Part shown: positions 44,871 to 53,547 of the stretch, piece by piece
How positions within the stretch are numbered: position 1 is the first letter of the stretch
Layout: the number at the start of each line of letters is the position of its first letter
Source: Saprospira grandis
Lineage (GTDB): Bacteria; Bacteroidota; Bacteroidia; Chitinophagales; Saprospiraceae
Direction: 5' to 3'
Length of the DNA stretch: 64,000 nt
Assembly: GCF_027594745.1 (NCBI RefSeq)
Contig: NZ_CP110854.1
Span: 1,052,241-1,116,240 of the forward strand
Made by a program: the position numbers and the translations under genes
The notes under the pieces: generated by a model
Database searches by the model: none
What the model saw: the letters and a program-made list of their open reading frames with translations, nothing else
Told to the model about the DNA's origin: nothing

Positions 44871-45762
44871 TCACAAAGACAATATTATCCGAGTCTTCCC
44901 CCTTCCGCTGAAGGTAATCTTCTACCGAGCTATTTAGCCGCTCCAAATGGCCCGACGAGCAGATAATATGGGGAAAATAAGCCAGCTCCGCCAAAAGTGA
45001 TTGGGCCGCCAAATGCGGAGCATTATCGCGGCTAGCGGCCAAATACTCCATAGCAATTTTGGGCGAATGAGCGCTCAAAAACGCCTTGGCCCCAGCCAAA
45101 ACCTCATATTCGGCCCCTTCCACATCAATTTTAATTAATTTGGGCCGAAAAGCGCTGGGCTGCAGGTAATCATCTAGGCAAACGGCCTCAATATCGTGCA
45201 CCTTGGGCGGGTCTTGGGCAAACCAATCTTCGCCTTCAAACTGCTCTAAATGTAGGCTGTTATACTCAGAATGTTTGTTGCTAAACTCATAAAATTTTAG
45301 GATAGCCGCTTTTTGGGCCACTGCCTTATTATTCGGCTTCAGTTGAGGAAGCTCGGTGGCATTTTGGGCCAAAATTCTAAAGGTGGTCGAGGCCGCCTCA
45401 AAGGCTTGTACCTGGCCCTTGGGCCCCACCAAATGAGCGGCCAGCAGACTAAAGTAGCCATAATGCGCCCCTATATCCAAAAACTGATCTTCGGCCTTTA
45501 GCTCTTGGATGAGCCAACGAGCTAGGCGAATTTCAGAATCATGCGTTTTTCCTCCCGTCAGATAAATATCCAAACTAGCGGGCAGCAGCAACTGCATCTT
45601 TTGGCCCCAGAAGGTATCGGCTTGCACCGCCCATTCTCCCTTTGGAAAAAGCCGTCTGCGCAATTGGGCCAAAATATAGCCCAAAGGACGTTTTTGCAGG
45701 CGTTTCCATTTGCTAGCTTGGGCCAAATTGGCCACTTCTTGCAATTGTTCTAGAATGTTCAT
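44863..45762 (-). CDS. FkbM-family methyltransferase
   Basis: DIGAHYGYFSLLAAHLVGPKGQVQAFE is a SAM-MTase FkbM motif. Start at ATG 45762. Confidence 0.65.
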   Translation of the reverse strand: MNILEQLQEVANLAQASKWKRLQKRPLGYILAQLRRRLFPKGEWAVQADTFWGQKMQLLLPASLDIYLTGGKTHDSEIRLARWLIQELKAEDQFLDIGAHYGYFSLLAAHLVGPKGQVQAFEAASTTFRILAQNATELPQLKPNNKAVAQKAAILKFYEFSNKHSEYNSLHLEQFEGEDWFAQDPPKVHDIEAVCLDDYLQPSAFRPKLIKIDVEGAEYEVLAGAKAFLSAHSPKIAMEYLAASRDNAPHLAAQSLLAELAYFPHIICSSGHLERLNSSVEDYLQRKGEDSDNIVFVKA

Positions 45763-45766
45763 TGCG

Positions 45767-46162
45767 CTATTTCTCTTGGGGGTAAGCAGCAAAGGCAGAA
45801 ATCTCGACCCGTACATCCTTGGGCAGACGGCTCACTTGCACGGCCTCTCTAGCCGGAGGCGCAATGCCTTCAAAATAGCTAGCATAAACCTCATTGATGG
45901 CCGCATAATCATTCATATCCTTCATGAAGATGCTACATTTTACGAGCTGTTCTGGACCAAGACCAGCTTCGGCCAGTACCGCCAGCATATTATTCATTAC
46001 CTGTTTGGTCTCCTCTTGGATCGTTCCATGCACCTTAAGTTCTTGAGTAGCGGGATCAATCGCAATTTGGCCAGAAAGAAACAAAAAGCCATTGGCCGCA
46101 ACGGCTTGGCTATAGGGGCCCACTGCCGCAGGCGCTTGATCGGTATGGATAATTTTTTTCAT
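45767..46162 (-). CDS. RidA/YjgF family reactive-intermediate deaminase
   Basis: MKKIIHTDQAPAAVGPYSQAVAANGFLFLSGQI. Start at ATG 46162. Confidence 0.8.
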   Translation of the reverse strand: MKKIIHTDQAPAAVGPYSQAVAANGFLFLSGQIAIDPATQELKVHGTIQEETKQVMNNMLAVLAEAGLGPEQLVKCSIFMKDMNDYAAINEVYASYFEGIAPPAREAVQVSRLPKDVRVEISAFAAYPQEK

Positions 46163-46274
46163 TTTCTTAGTTATCATTGGTAGAAGCGAAAGATAAGGAA
46201 GTTGAGGCAAGCTGCAAAAGTTTTTGGTCCAGATAGGCGGCAAAGCCGCCTGCGAGCGAAGACTTGGCTCAATA

Positions 46275-46395
46275 GGCTTTTTTCGCTAGGTTAAAACCCA
46301 GCGCAACAAAGGTATCGCTTTGCGATGACTTATAAATGAGGGTTGAAACCCTCATGAATTTAGCGGCCGCCCCAAATTGAAGGGCGGCCGCGGGC
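46275..46395 (+). repeat. PAL-module repeat copy with a short REP tail (copy R16)
   Basis: cccagcgcaacaaaggtatcgctttgcgatgac...aatgagggttgaaaccctcatgaatt...gcgggccccaaagc. Confidence 0.7.
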
Positions 46396-46403
46396 CCCAA
46401 AGC

Positions 46404-46436
46404 AAAAAAAAGAGGACCGTAGTCCTCCCTTTTCTT
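46404..46436. terminator. bidirectional intrinsic terminator
   Basis: A8 run, then gaggaccgtagtcctc hairpin, then ccttttctt. Confidence 0.65.
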
Positions 46437-48306
46437 ATCTAATTTGTGGTTCGAGCCAGCGTTTGAAACGCTTTTCCTGTTCCTCCGTCATCTTCTCTTT
46501 AATCTTGAAGACATGTTTTTTCATCATTTTGATTTTGGCGATTTCGGTCTCCAAAGTCATTTCCTTGTAATTGCCTTCGCCATCGGGGCGGAGAATGCGA
46601 ATTTCTAGCGGGTCGCCTACTTTGAGGCCCTGCATATAGGCAAATAGGATAGCCGAAGCAGTTTTGGGCGTAAAGCTTTTATCGTTCCAAGACAGGATCA
46701 CATCGCCATTTTTGAGGCCCATATATTTGCTCCCAAACTCATCGAGTTTTTCGGCTTTGGCCATATAAAAACGGCCAAGTGTATCGGTGCGGAGAGCGCC
46801 ATTTTCTAGCCCGCCTAGGGGAGACATTTCTAGCACAGGGGCCTCCTTAAAGTACTCTACGCCATAAGGCTCTAGAAACTTATTATAATCCAGCATTTCA
46901 GTACCTTCCACATACTTATCAAAGAACTTTTGGAGCTGCGGAAAGCCTGTAATTTCGATAATTTTATCGTAGAGCTCTACATCTTGGAAAGGATTATCTT
47001 GGCCATAATAGGCAGAGAGATCGCGAAGGAGCATCGTTAGATCGTATTGTCCTTCCGAGAGGCGAATCAGTTCTAGGTCAAAGCACATAGCCGTTAGTGC
47101 CCCCTTATAATAGATATTATTGTATTGGCTATTAAAGCCTTTTTCGAGGCACTTCTTACTCATTTCGGCTAGGGGAATACCCGCCTTATAGCGAGTAGAA
47201 GTTTGCACCTTTTCGCAGAGTTTGTCCATAAACTCCTCCTGTGTTTTCAGGCCATAGCGGCACTGCATATGGTGGGCCATATACTCCACCACCCCTTCAT
47301 ACAGCCAAAGATGCTTAGACATTTTGGGGTTCATATAATTAAAATTGTAAATCTCCTCTGATTGGATATAGAGAGGCGTTACAATATGGAAAAACTCATG
47401 AGAGGCAATGTTTACCACCAGCTCGCCAATGCGATCTACTTTTTCCTCGGCTAGGCAGAACATAGAAGAGCGGGGATGCTCTAGGGCACCAATAGAGCCC
47501 GAGGGGTAGCCATTGGGCGAAAGGTAGATCAGAAAATGGTAGCGATCTACGGGAAGCATATTGCCCAAATATTTATTTTGGGCCTCTAGCATAGGGCGGA
47601 TTTTATCGGCAATATCTTTAGCCGTTGCCTTTTTATTGGGCGAGTAGACCGAAATTTGGATATCTCCATAGCCCAATTTAAAATTGACCGTATCGGGATT
47701 ACTGTAGAGAATGGGCGCATCGACTAGGTCGCCATAATCAGATGCGCGAAAAATATCGGTATCAAAATCGCCACCCGTTCTGCGCAAAGACGTACTGGCA
47801 TAAAAATCATTGGGGCGATTGAAGGTCAGTTCAAACTTAAGTTTCTCTTTATCCTCAAAAAAGCCAAAGAGTCCGTTATTATTGATAAAAAAGACCTTAC
47901 CTGCCTCAAAGTTGGTACAGGCGGGCTCAAAGAGGGGCTCTTTTAGTTTGGCATCCCAGATATCTTCTACCAGATAGGTAATTTTTTCTAGGCGTTTGGC
48001 TTTTTTGATTTTCCAGGTATTCTTATCAATACGATTCACCTTGAGTTTTTTGCCTCGGCTATCAAAGGCTTCTAGGTTATTGATAAACTGGCCGTAATCA
48101 TGAATTTCGTAAGTTCCGGGAATGATTCGGGGAAAGTAGAAAGTCACCTCATCTTTGGGGACCGAACTAGGCACCTGCAGGCTTACCTTTACTTGGTCCG
48201 CAATGACTTCATTGAGGTCTACTTCGTACTTATAAATATCATCATCTTGCGCCATTAGGCCCAGACTCCCAAAAAAGAGCAATAGGGCAGTAAAGAGCTT
48301 GTTCAT
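46435..48306 (-). CDS. M61-family glycyl aminopeptidase with a C-terminal PDZ domain
   Basis: Signal peptide. HEFFHIVTP (HExxH) with EGVVEYMAH. PDZ-like region GLKNGDVILSWNDKSF. Confidence 0.75.
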   Translation of the reverse strand: MNKLFTALLLFFGSLGLMAQDDDIYKYEVDLNEVIADQVKVSLQVPSSVPKDEVTFYFPRIIPGTYEIHDYGQFINNLEAFDSRGKKLKVNRIDKNTWKIKKAKRLEKITYLVEDIWDAKLKEPLFEPACTNFEAGKVFFINNNGLFGFFEDKEKLKFELTFNRPNDFYASTSLRRTGGDFDTDIFRASDYGDLVDAPILYSNPDTVNFKLGYGDIQISVYSPNKKATAKDIADKIRPMLEAQNKYLGNMLPVDRYHFLIYLSPNGYPSGSIGALEHPRSSMFCLAEEKVDRIGELVVNIASHEFFHIVTPLYIQSEEIYNFNYMNPKMSKHLWLYEGVVEYMAHHMQCRYGLKTQEEFMDKLCEKVQTSTRYKAGIPLAEMSKKCLEKGFNSQYNNIYYKGALTAMCFDLELIRLSEGQYDLTMLLRDLSAYYGQDNPFQDVELYDKIIEITGFPQLQKFFDKYVEGTEMLDYNKFLEPYGVEYFKEAPVLEMSPLGGLENGALRTDTLGRFYMAKAEKLDEFGSKYMGLKNGDVILSWNDKSFTPKTASAILFAYMQGLKVGDPLEIRILRPDGEGNYKEMTLETEIAKIKMMKKHVFKIKEKMTEEQEKRFKRWLEPQIR

Positions 48307-48511
48307 AAAAATTTGTTTTTAGTGAATGGAGCATCCATTCAGACAAAATTAGGTATGTTATAGGTCTGTTAATAGAGGAGATAAGAAGTCAAATAAAATA
48401 CTAAAACTGGGCTATATCTCTTGGCTTTTTCGCCTAAAGCTTTAGTTTTTTAGACTGAGTTAGGTTCCTCTTCTTTTAGCTAGGCAATTAATAAACCAAA
48501 ATTAACCGCAT

Positions 48512-49315
48512 TTAGGACAAAAGCGCCAAGCGTTTAAAGAGGAAGTAGAGGTTGAGGTTGAGTTCGGCCTGAACGTCAAAGACTTGCCCATTAATGTATA
48601 AAATCTGTTTTTTCAGTTGCAGCTCGGCTTGTAGGCTAAAGCGGGCGCTACGGCCTTGGCTCATTGATTGCCGCCAATATAGGCCTTTGGGCGTAAGAAT
48701 AAACCCTCTGCGGCCCAATTGTCGCATAGAGGGGTCTAAAAAGAAGAGAAGTTCTTCTTGGCCTAGGGCCGAAAAGAATTTTCGGCCAGCTGTTTTCAGT
48801 TTTTTGGGCCAATCTATGGCCTGCCAACTATGAGCATAGGGCAATTTATCGCTTTGTAGGTAATTGGCGATTAATGTCCTGAGGTTACAGCTTTCGCCTC
48901 TTTGCATTTGTTGGTAGCTCTGTAGGCTTTGAGGCAGGGCTTGGGGCAGCTGCTCTCGACCTTCTTGCAAAAAGTAGGCTTCGGCCCAAGTTCTAAACTG
49001 CCAATCTATTTCTTCACTAATGGCCCGAAGTTCTTCTTGCTGGCTGGGGTCTTGTTGCTCTATCCAGTAGGCCAATTGCAAGAGGCGCTCTTCTAAATAG
49101 CGTAGCCGAAAGCCATCTTCTTGGCCCAAATCCACGGCCTTTAGGCCCAAATCCCGCCCTTCTTGCTGCATATATAAGAAAAAGGCCCCTTTGAGCTGCT
49201 GAGGCAGCCGGGCCAAATCTCTAAAATCTATGGGCCATTGCATGCCCCCGCAGAGTGAACAAAAACGACTGCGGGCGGGCAATTCGGCCTGACAATGTAT
49301 GCAGCTTTGCGCCAT
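48512..49315 (-). CDS. hypothetical protein with an N-terminal zinc-ribbon (CxxC...CxxC)
   Basis: MAQSCIHCQAELPARSRFCSLCGG. Last gene of a three-gene minus-strand operon. Confidence 0.5.
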   Translation of the reverse strand: MAQSCIHCQAELPARSRFCSLCGGMQWPIDFRDLARLPQQLKGAFFLYMQQEGRDLGLKAVDLGQEDGFRLRYLEERLLQLAYWIEQQDPSQQEELRAISEEIDWQFRTWAEAYFLQEGREQLPQALPQSLQSYQQMQRGESCNLRTLIANYLQSDKLPYAHSWQAIDWPKKLKTAGRKFFSALGQEELLFFLDPSMRQLGRRGFILTPKGLYWRQSMSQGRSARFSLQAELQLKKQILYINGQVFDVQAELNLNLYFLFKRLALLS

Positions 49316-49323
49316 AATTCTCT

Positions 49324-49887
49324 TTAGGGCATTTTAGCAATAGCCTGCTGTAGGTCCTCATATCCTTTTTTGAGGTGCAGGTCTTCGGTTAAATGTTCGG
49401 CCAAAAATTGGGCGTATTCTTCGGCCTTGGGTTTTTCGCCTCGATAATAAGCAATATGGGCCAAATTGAGGTAAGACATGGCTTTTTCGGCCTTTCTGCG
49501 CATCCCCAAATCAATGGCTTGCAACAATTGCTGCTCGCCTTTTTCCAAAAGCGCAAAGCGCTCTTTTTGGTCCAGCCCTTTTTCTTGGCTCTTATAAATG
49601 GCGATTAGGCCCTGACAAAAAAAGTAGTAGGCCCGATGAGAAGCCAATAACCAATCAACTTTATGCGTGGCCGCCAAGTACTTTTCTGCCTGCTCTATTT
49701 TGCCCGCTTTCAAAGCAAAAAGCGCCCCATTGATATGACCAAATAGAAAATAACCCAAAAGCAGCAAAATGGCAAATCCCCAACTCAAAATACTCACAGT
49801 AGGCCCAAAATCTAATAGCATGGCCACAATCCCCGCCGCAAATAGCGAGAAGATGAGGATAAAACGCAATCTCGGATTAAAAAACAT
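49324..49887 (-). CDS. small membrane protein (2 TM) with a TPR-like soluble domain
   Basis: Two N-terminal hydrophobic helices followed by helical repeats. Paralogous to the next gene upstream. Confidence 0.5.
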   Translation of the reverse strand: MFFNPRLRFILIFSLFAAGIVAMLLDFGPTVSILSWGFAILLLLGYFLFGHINGALFALKAGKIEQAEKYLAATHKVDWLLASHRAYYFFCQGLIAIYKSQEKGLDQKERFALLEKGEQQLLQAIDLGMRRKAEKAMSYLNLAHIAYYRGEKPKAEEYAQFLAEHLTEDLHLKKGYEDLQQAIAKMP

Positions 49888-49897
49888 ATACTTTATT

Positions 49898-50554
49898 TTA
49901 TCGGCGTTTTCCTCCTCTTTTCATATAGCCTTGCATCTGCCCTTTCATGCCACCACGTCCGCCTTTCATGGCCTGCCGCTGCATCTGATGCTGCCCTTTC
50001 AACATCAAATCAATCTCTTTGATGTTCTCTTTGACCTGCGGATTGTTGATGTTCAATTTCTTGGCCGTCTCCAAGTACTCTTTCATTTTCATCACATAAG
50101 GGCGACGTTGCGTTTCCGTGGTCATTTTTTGCGCATACATGCCCTGCACATTAATGAGCTGTAAATAAAGCATCCCCCGAATATCATCAGGTAGGTCCAA
50201 TTTCATGGCCTTATTGGCCAATTTTTCACACTTTTTGGTCTCGCCTTTCTGCAATGCCAAACCCGAACGAATGAAGTAGTACATCCCATGATAACCAAAT
50301 TGCAACCACTCTGGCTTAAACGTATAGGCCAACACTTTTTCGGCCCCCTCGGTATCGCCAATCTGCATTTTCATGGCCGCCGCATTTACGGTACCAATCA
50401 AAAAGTGCTTGACCAACAAAACAATAACGACCAACAAAGGCATCCAAGCCCAGGCAAAACCCACTGTCGGCCAAAGCCCTAGGGTCAAGGCCAAACAGGC
50501 AAAAAACAAAATTAGCTGTCGCTGAAAAGTGAAAAATTGAATGAAGGATAACAT
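49898..50554 (-). CDS. small membrane protein (2 TM) with a TPR-like domain and a G/K/M-rich tail (paralog of 49324..49887)
   Basis: ...WMPLLVVIVLLVKHFLIGTVNAAAMKMQIGDTEGAEKVLAYTFKPEWL... aligns with ...FAILLLLGYFLFGHINGALFALKAGKIEQAEKYLAATHKVDWL.... Start at ATG 50554. Confidence 0.5.
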   Translation of the reverse strand: MLSFIQFFTFQRQLILFFACLALTLGLWPTVGFAWAWMPLLVVIVLLVKHFLIGTVNAAAMKMQIGDTEGAEKVLAYTFKPEWLQFGYHGMYYFIRSGLALQKGETKKCEKLANKAMKLDLPDDIRGMLYLQLINVQGMYAQKMTTETQRRPYVMKMKEYLETAKKLNINNPQVKENIKEIDLMLKGQHQMQRQAMKGGRGGMKGQMQGYMKRGGKRR

Positions 50555-50654
50555 ATTTCTCGTTTTACTATTTTCGTTAAGTGCCGCAAAGATACGAAAG
50601 CTTGGGCGCAGGACTGCTTTTTTTTTATTTTTTTGTCTGCTCCCCATTTTATAA

Positions 50655-50905
50655 CTTTATTTTGATCTAGTTTTGGGGCTGCCCCTTCCGCTAGGTTGAA
50701 ACCCAGCGCAAAGCGGTATCGCTTTGCGAAGCTACACAAAATGAGGGTTGAAACCCTCATGAATTATCGGTCGGGTCGGGCTGTGTCGTGGCTCGCAGGT
50801 CTGCTCGGCCCTGCAGTTTTTTCGCTACGCTCAAAAACTTGGGTCTGCGGCTGCGCCGCACCACTTTCCATCCCTCAGCCTGCGGGCGCTTCGCGCCCTG
50901 CTAAA
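50655..50905 (+). repeat. composite PAL + REP repeat, F orientation (copy R17)
   Basis: Near-identical to R15. Includes ggctcgcaggtctgctcggccctgcag. Confidence 0.8.
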
Positions 50906-50940
50906 CGCAAATTATCTCCTTTTGGACCAAATTTCCATTT

Positions 50941-51657
50941 ATGCTCAAACAAATTGAAGGCCTAGTGCTGCGCACGGTAGATTATAGCGAGAGTAGCGTC
51001 ATCTGCGATCTATTTAGCCGAGAACTGGGCCGCCGCTCTTATATGGTGCATGGCGTCCGCAAGCCCAAAGCCAAAATTACCAAGGCCCTTTTGCGGCCCA
51101 TGTCTTGGGTAGAATTAGTGGTTTACCATAATGAGGAGCGAGACCTCAATAAGGTTAAGGAGATTCGGCCTAGTTACATCTACCAAATCATTCCCTTTGA
51201 TATTGCCCGCTCTAATATGGCCCTTTTTATGGTGGAGCTGGCCCAAAGAGGCCTACAAGAAGAGGGACCACAAGAGGAGCTTTATAATTTTTTGTGGGTT
51301 TACTTTAATCAGTTGGACCAAAAAGAGAGTCCCGCCTGGGCCAATTTACATCTGCATTTTATGGTCCATTTTGCGGCAGAATTGGGCTTTTGCCCCAGCC
51401 CTAGCTCCGCCCCCATTTTTGATTATAAAGAGGGAGAATTTGTACAAGAAAAACCCTTGCACCCCTATCATTTTGATGAAGAAAGCAGCCAGATTTTGGA
51501 CCAACTCCTGCGTTTGAGTCGGCATCAATTGGCAGCGCTAAAGCTCAACCGCATCAAGCGGCAACATTTTATTGAGCAAATGATTTTATTTTATCGCTAT
51601 CATTTGCCCAATTTTCAGCTCAAAAGTTGGGAGGTCCTCAAACAGATTATGGGCTAA
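50941..51657 (+). CDS. recO: DNA repair protein RecO
   Basis: MLKQIEGLVLRTVDYSESSVICDLFSRELGRRSYMVHGVRKPK is the RecO N-terminal OB-fold signature. Confidence 0.8.
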   Translation: MLKQIEGLVLRTVDYSESSVICDLFSRELGRRSYMVHGVRKPKAKITKALLRPMSWVELVVYHNEERDLNKVKEIRPSYIYQIIPFDIARSNMALFMVELAQRGLQEEGPQEELYNFLWVYFNQLDQKESPAWANLHLHFMVHFAAELGFCPSPSSAPIFDYKEGEFVQEKPLHPYHFDEESSQILDQLLRLSRHQLAALKLNRIKRQHFIEQMILFYRYHLPNFQLKSWEVLKQIMG

Positions 51658-51669
51658 ATTGCGTTTTAG

Positions 51670-51818
51670 CTCGAGGCCCGAAGGGCCTCTTTTTTGGCCT
51701 AGCGATGCGGCGGGGTGGCCCGAAGGGCCAGACCAAGGAGCCGCAGGCGACGAAGGGCCGAGCAAGCCTGCGAGCCCCAAAGCGTAGCGCCCGCCGAAGG
51801 CGGGAGGCCCCAAAACAG
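51670..51818 (-). repeat. REP/MITE-like repeat, R orientation (copy R18)
   Basis: ggcctagcgatgcggcggggtggcccgaagggccagacc...gggccgagcaagcctgcgagcccc...gggaggccccaaaac. Confidence 0.8.
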
Positions 51819-52574
51819 TTAATGTCCCCTTTTTTCCATAAGGATCACATAGCGCATAAATACGCCCCAGGCCAGTAATTTGCAGACGATAAAGCCCACT
51901 TTGCCGTCGCGGAAACCCTGTTGAATGATGTAGTGCTTGAAGAAGCGGAAAGCGGGTTTGAGGTAGAGGTGGAAAAAGCCCACTTTGGGGGTTTTGCTAG
52001 CATAATCGCCGGCGGACCAATGGGCGTAGCGCTCCATTTTGGCCATAAAATGGCGCATACTTTTGAAGGTATAGTGCAAAAGGCGGCCCTTTAGCCAAGC
52101 GACTTTTCCCTTAGTGATAATTTCGGCATGCACCTCTTTTTCTTCATAGCGGCAAAGGTCGCGTTTAAAAAAGCGGATGACGGCATCATTTTGCCAGCCT
52201 GAAAAGCGGACCGCCTGTCCCATAAAATGGTTATCGCGGCCCATCCAGTAGGCAATAGGTCCTTGGGGGTCTTCGGCTTGGCTCATAATGGCCTTAATTT
52301 CGGCGACTAGATTTTCGCTAGGGCGTTCATCGGCATCTAGCAGCAGGATCCATTCATTTTTGGCTTGGGGAATCGCCCAATTTTTCTGGCTAGCCGAATT
52401 GCCATATTCTCTTTGAATAATTCGGGCGCCGGCTTTTTGGGCCAGGGCCAGGGTATCGTCCGTACTAAAAGAATCGACGACCAGCAGCTCATCGGCCCAG
52501 CTGACCAAAGGCAATAACTCTCGGAGATTATCGGCTTCGTTGAAAGTGGGAATCAGTACAGTAAGCGGGCGCAT
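51819..52574 (-). CDS. glycosyltransferase family 2 protein
   Basis: VLIPTFNEADNLRELL...VVDSFSTDDT...LLDADE (DxD). Confidence 0.75.
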   Translation of the reverse strand: MRPLTVLIPTFNEADNLRELLPLVSWADELLVVDSFSTDDTLALAQKAGARIIQREYGNSASQKNWAIPQAKNEWILLLDADERPSENLVAEIKAIMSQAEDPQGPIAYWMGRDNHFMGQAVRFSGWQNDAVIRFFKRDLCRYEEKEVHAEIITKGKVAWLKGRLLHYTFKSMRHFMAKMERYAHWSAGDYASKTPKVGFFHLYLKPAFRFFKHYIIQQGFRDGKVGFIVCKLLAWGVFMRYVILMEKRGH

Positions 52575-52576
52575 AA

Positions 52577-53449
52577 TTAGATGATTTTATAATTTTGGTA
52601 CTCGCCTACTCTTTTTCCCGTCATATTTTCGATTGTTCTAGAGAGGCGTTCTTTGAGAGAGAGTTTTGGGGGATTGGGCGAGAACTCCCAATTTAGGCGT
52701 TTGAGGCGTTGCTCCATCACTTTGGGGGCGGTCCCTTCAAAGCGTTTTACCGAATCAATTTCGGAATAATCGTATTCTCCTTCCTTTTGCATATTCTTCT
52801 CGATCCATTCATCGGAATGCCAGAATCGGTTAGAAGAAAGGCGTTTTTGGACCTGTTTTTCGGGGGGGCGCACCCAGCCGTAGTGATAAATATCGGCGGG
52901 GATGAGTTTGACCTTTAGCTTTTCGTCCTCTTTGGTTCTGAAGCCTTGAGCATCTTTATAGGAGCGAATATTTTTATCATTTCGGACCACTCGGATTTCT
53001 CGGCGGTACCATTTTCGGGAGTCGGCCACATAATCGTAGGAGCCCCAAAAATGTTGATAATTGAAGAGTAGGCCTTGCACCTCTTTATCGTTTAGGTATT
53101 GTTCCATGGCTTGGCGGACCGTAGGGATAAACTTTTCGTGAAGCACCTCATCGCCTTGGAGGTAGAACACCCAATCGCTATCGGGGCTAACGGCATCTAG
53201 GGCTTTATTGGTTTCTACGGCTAGGACCTTCCCGCCTTCGCGCAGGCTATCATCCCAGACCGAGGGAATAATTTTGAGTTTGGGGTCCTTAATTTGGGCC
53301 AAGAGCTCCTCGGTCCCATCTTCTGAGTTGCCAAAGAGAAGGATAAACTCATCGCAGAGCGGGAGGATGGATTGGATAGCTTCGAGGATGGGGTAATCAA
53401 ATTTAACCGCATTTCTGACGAAGCTGATGCCAGTAACTTTCATAAACAT
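52577..53449 (-). CDS. glycosyltransferase family 2-like protein
   Basis: GISFVRNAVKFDYPILEAIQSILPLCDEFILLFGNSEDGTEELL. Tail-to-head with the preceding GT2 gene. Confidence 0.6.
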   Translation of the reverse strand: MFMKVTGISFVRNAVKFDYPILEAIQSILPLCDEFILLFGNSEDGTEELLAQIKDPKLKIIPSVWDDSLREGGKVLAVETNKALDAVSPDSDWVFYLQGDEVLHEKFIPTVRQAMEQYLNDKEVQGLLFNYQHFWGSYDYVADSRKWYRREIRVVRNDKNIRSYKDAQGFRTKEDEKLKVKLIPADIYHYGWVRPPEKQVQKRLSSNRFWHSDEWIEKNMQKEGEYDYSEIDSVKRFEGTAPKVMEQRLKRLNWEFSPNPPKLSLKERLSRTIENMTGKRVGEYQNYKII

Positions 53450-53484
53450 TAGGATTAGATGGGTCCTTTAATGGGGCAAAGGTA

Positions 53485-53532
53485 CAAAAAAAAGACCTCT
53501 AATAGCAGTTGCTAGAAGAGGTCTTTTGTATT
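53485..53532. terminator. bidirectional intrinsic terminator (ends the infB operon)
   Basis: A8 run, then agacctct...agaggtct hairpin, then tttgtatt. Confidence 0.7.
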
Positions 53533-53547
53533 ATTGAGTCAAGCGGC

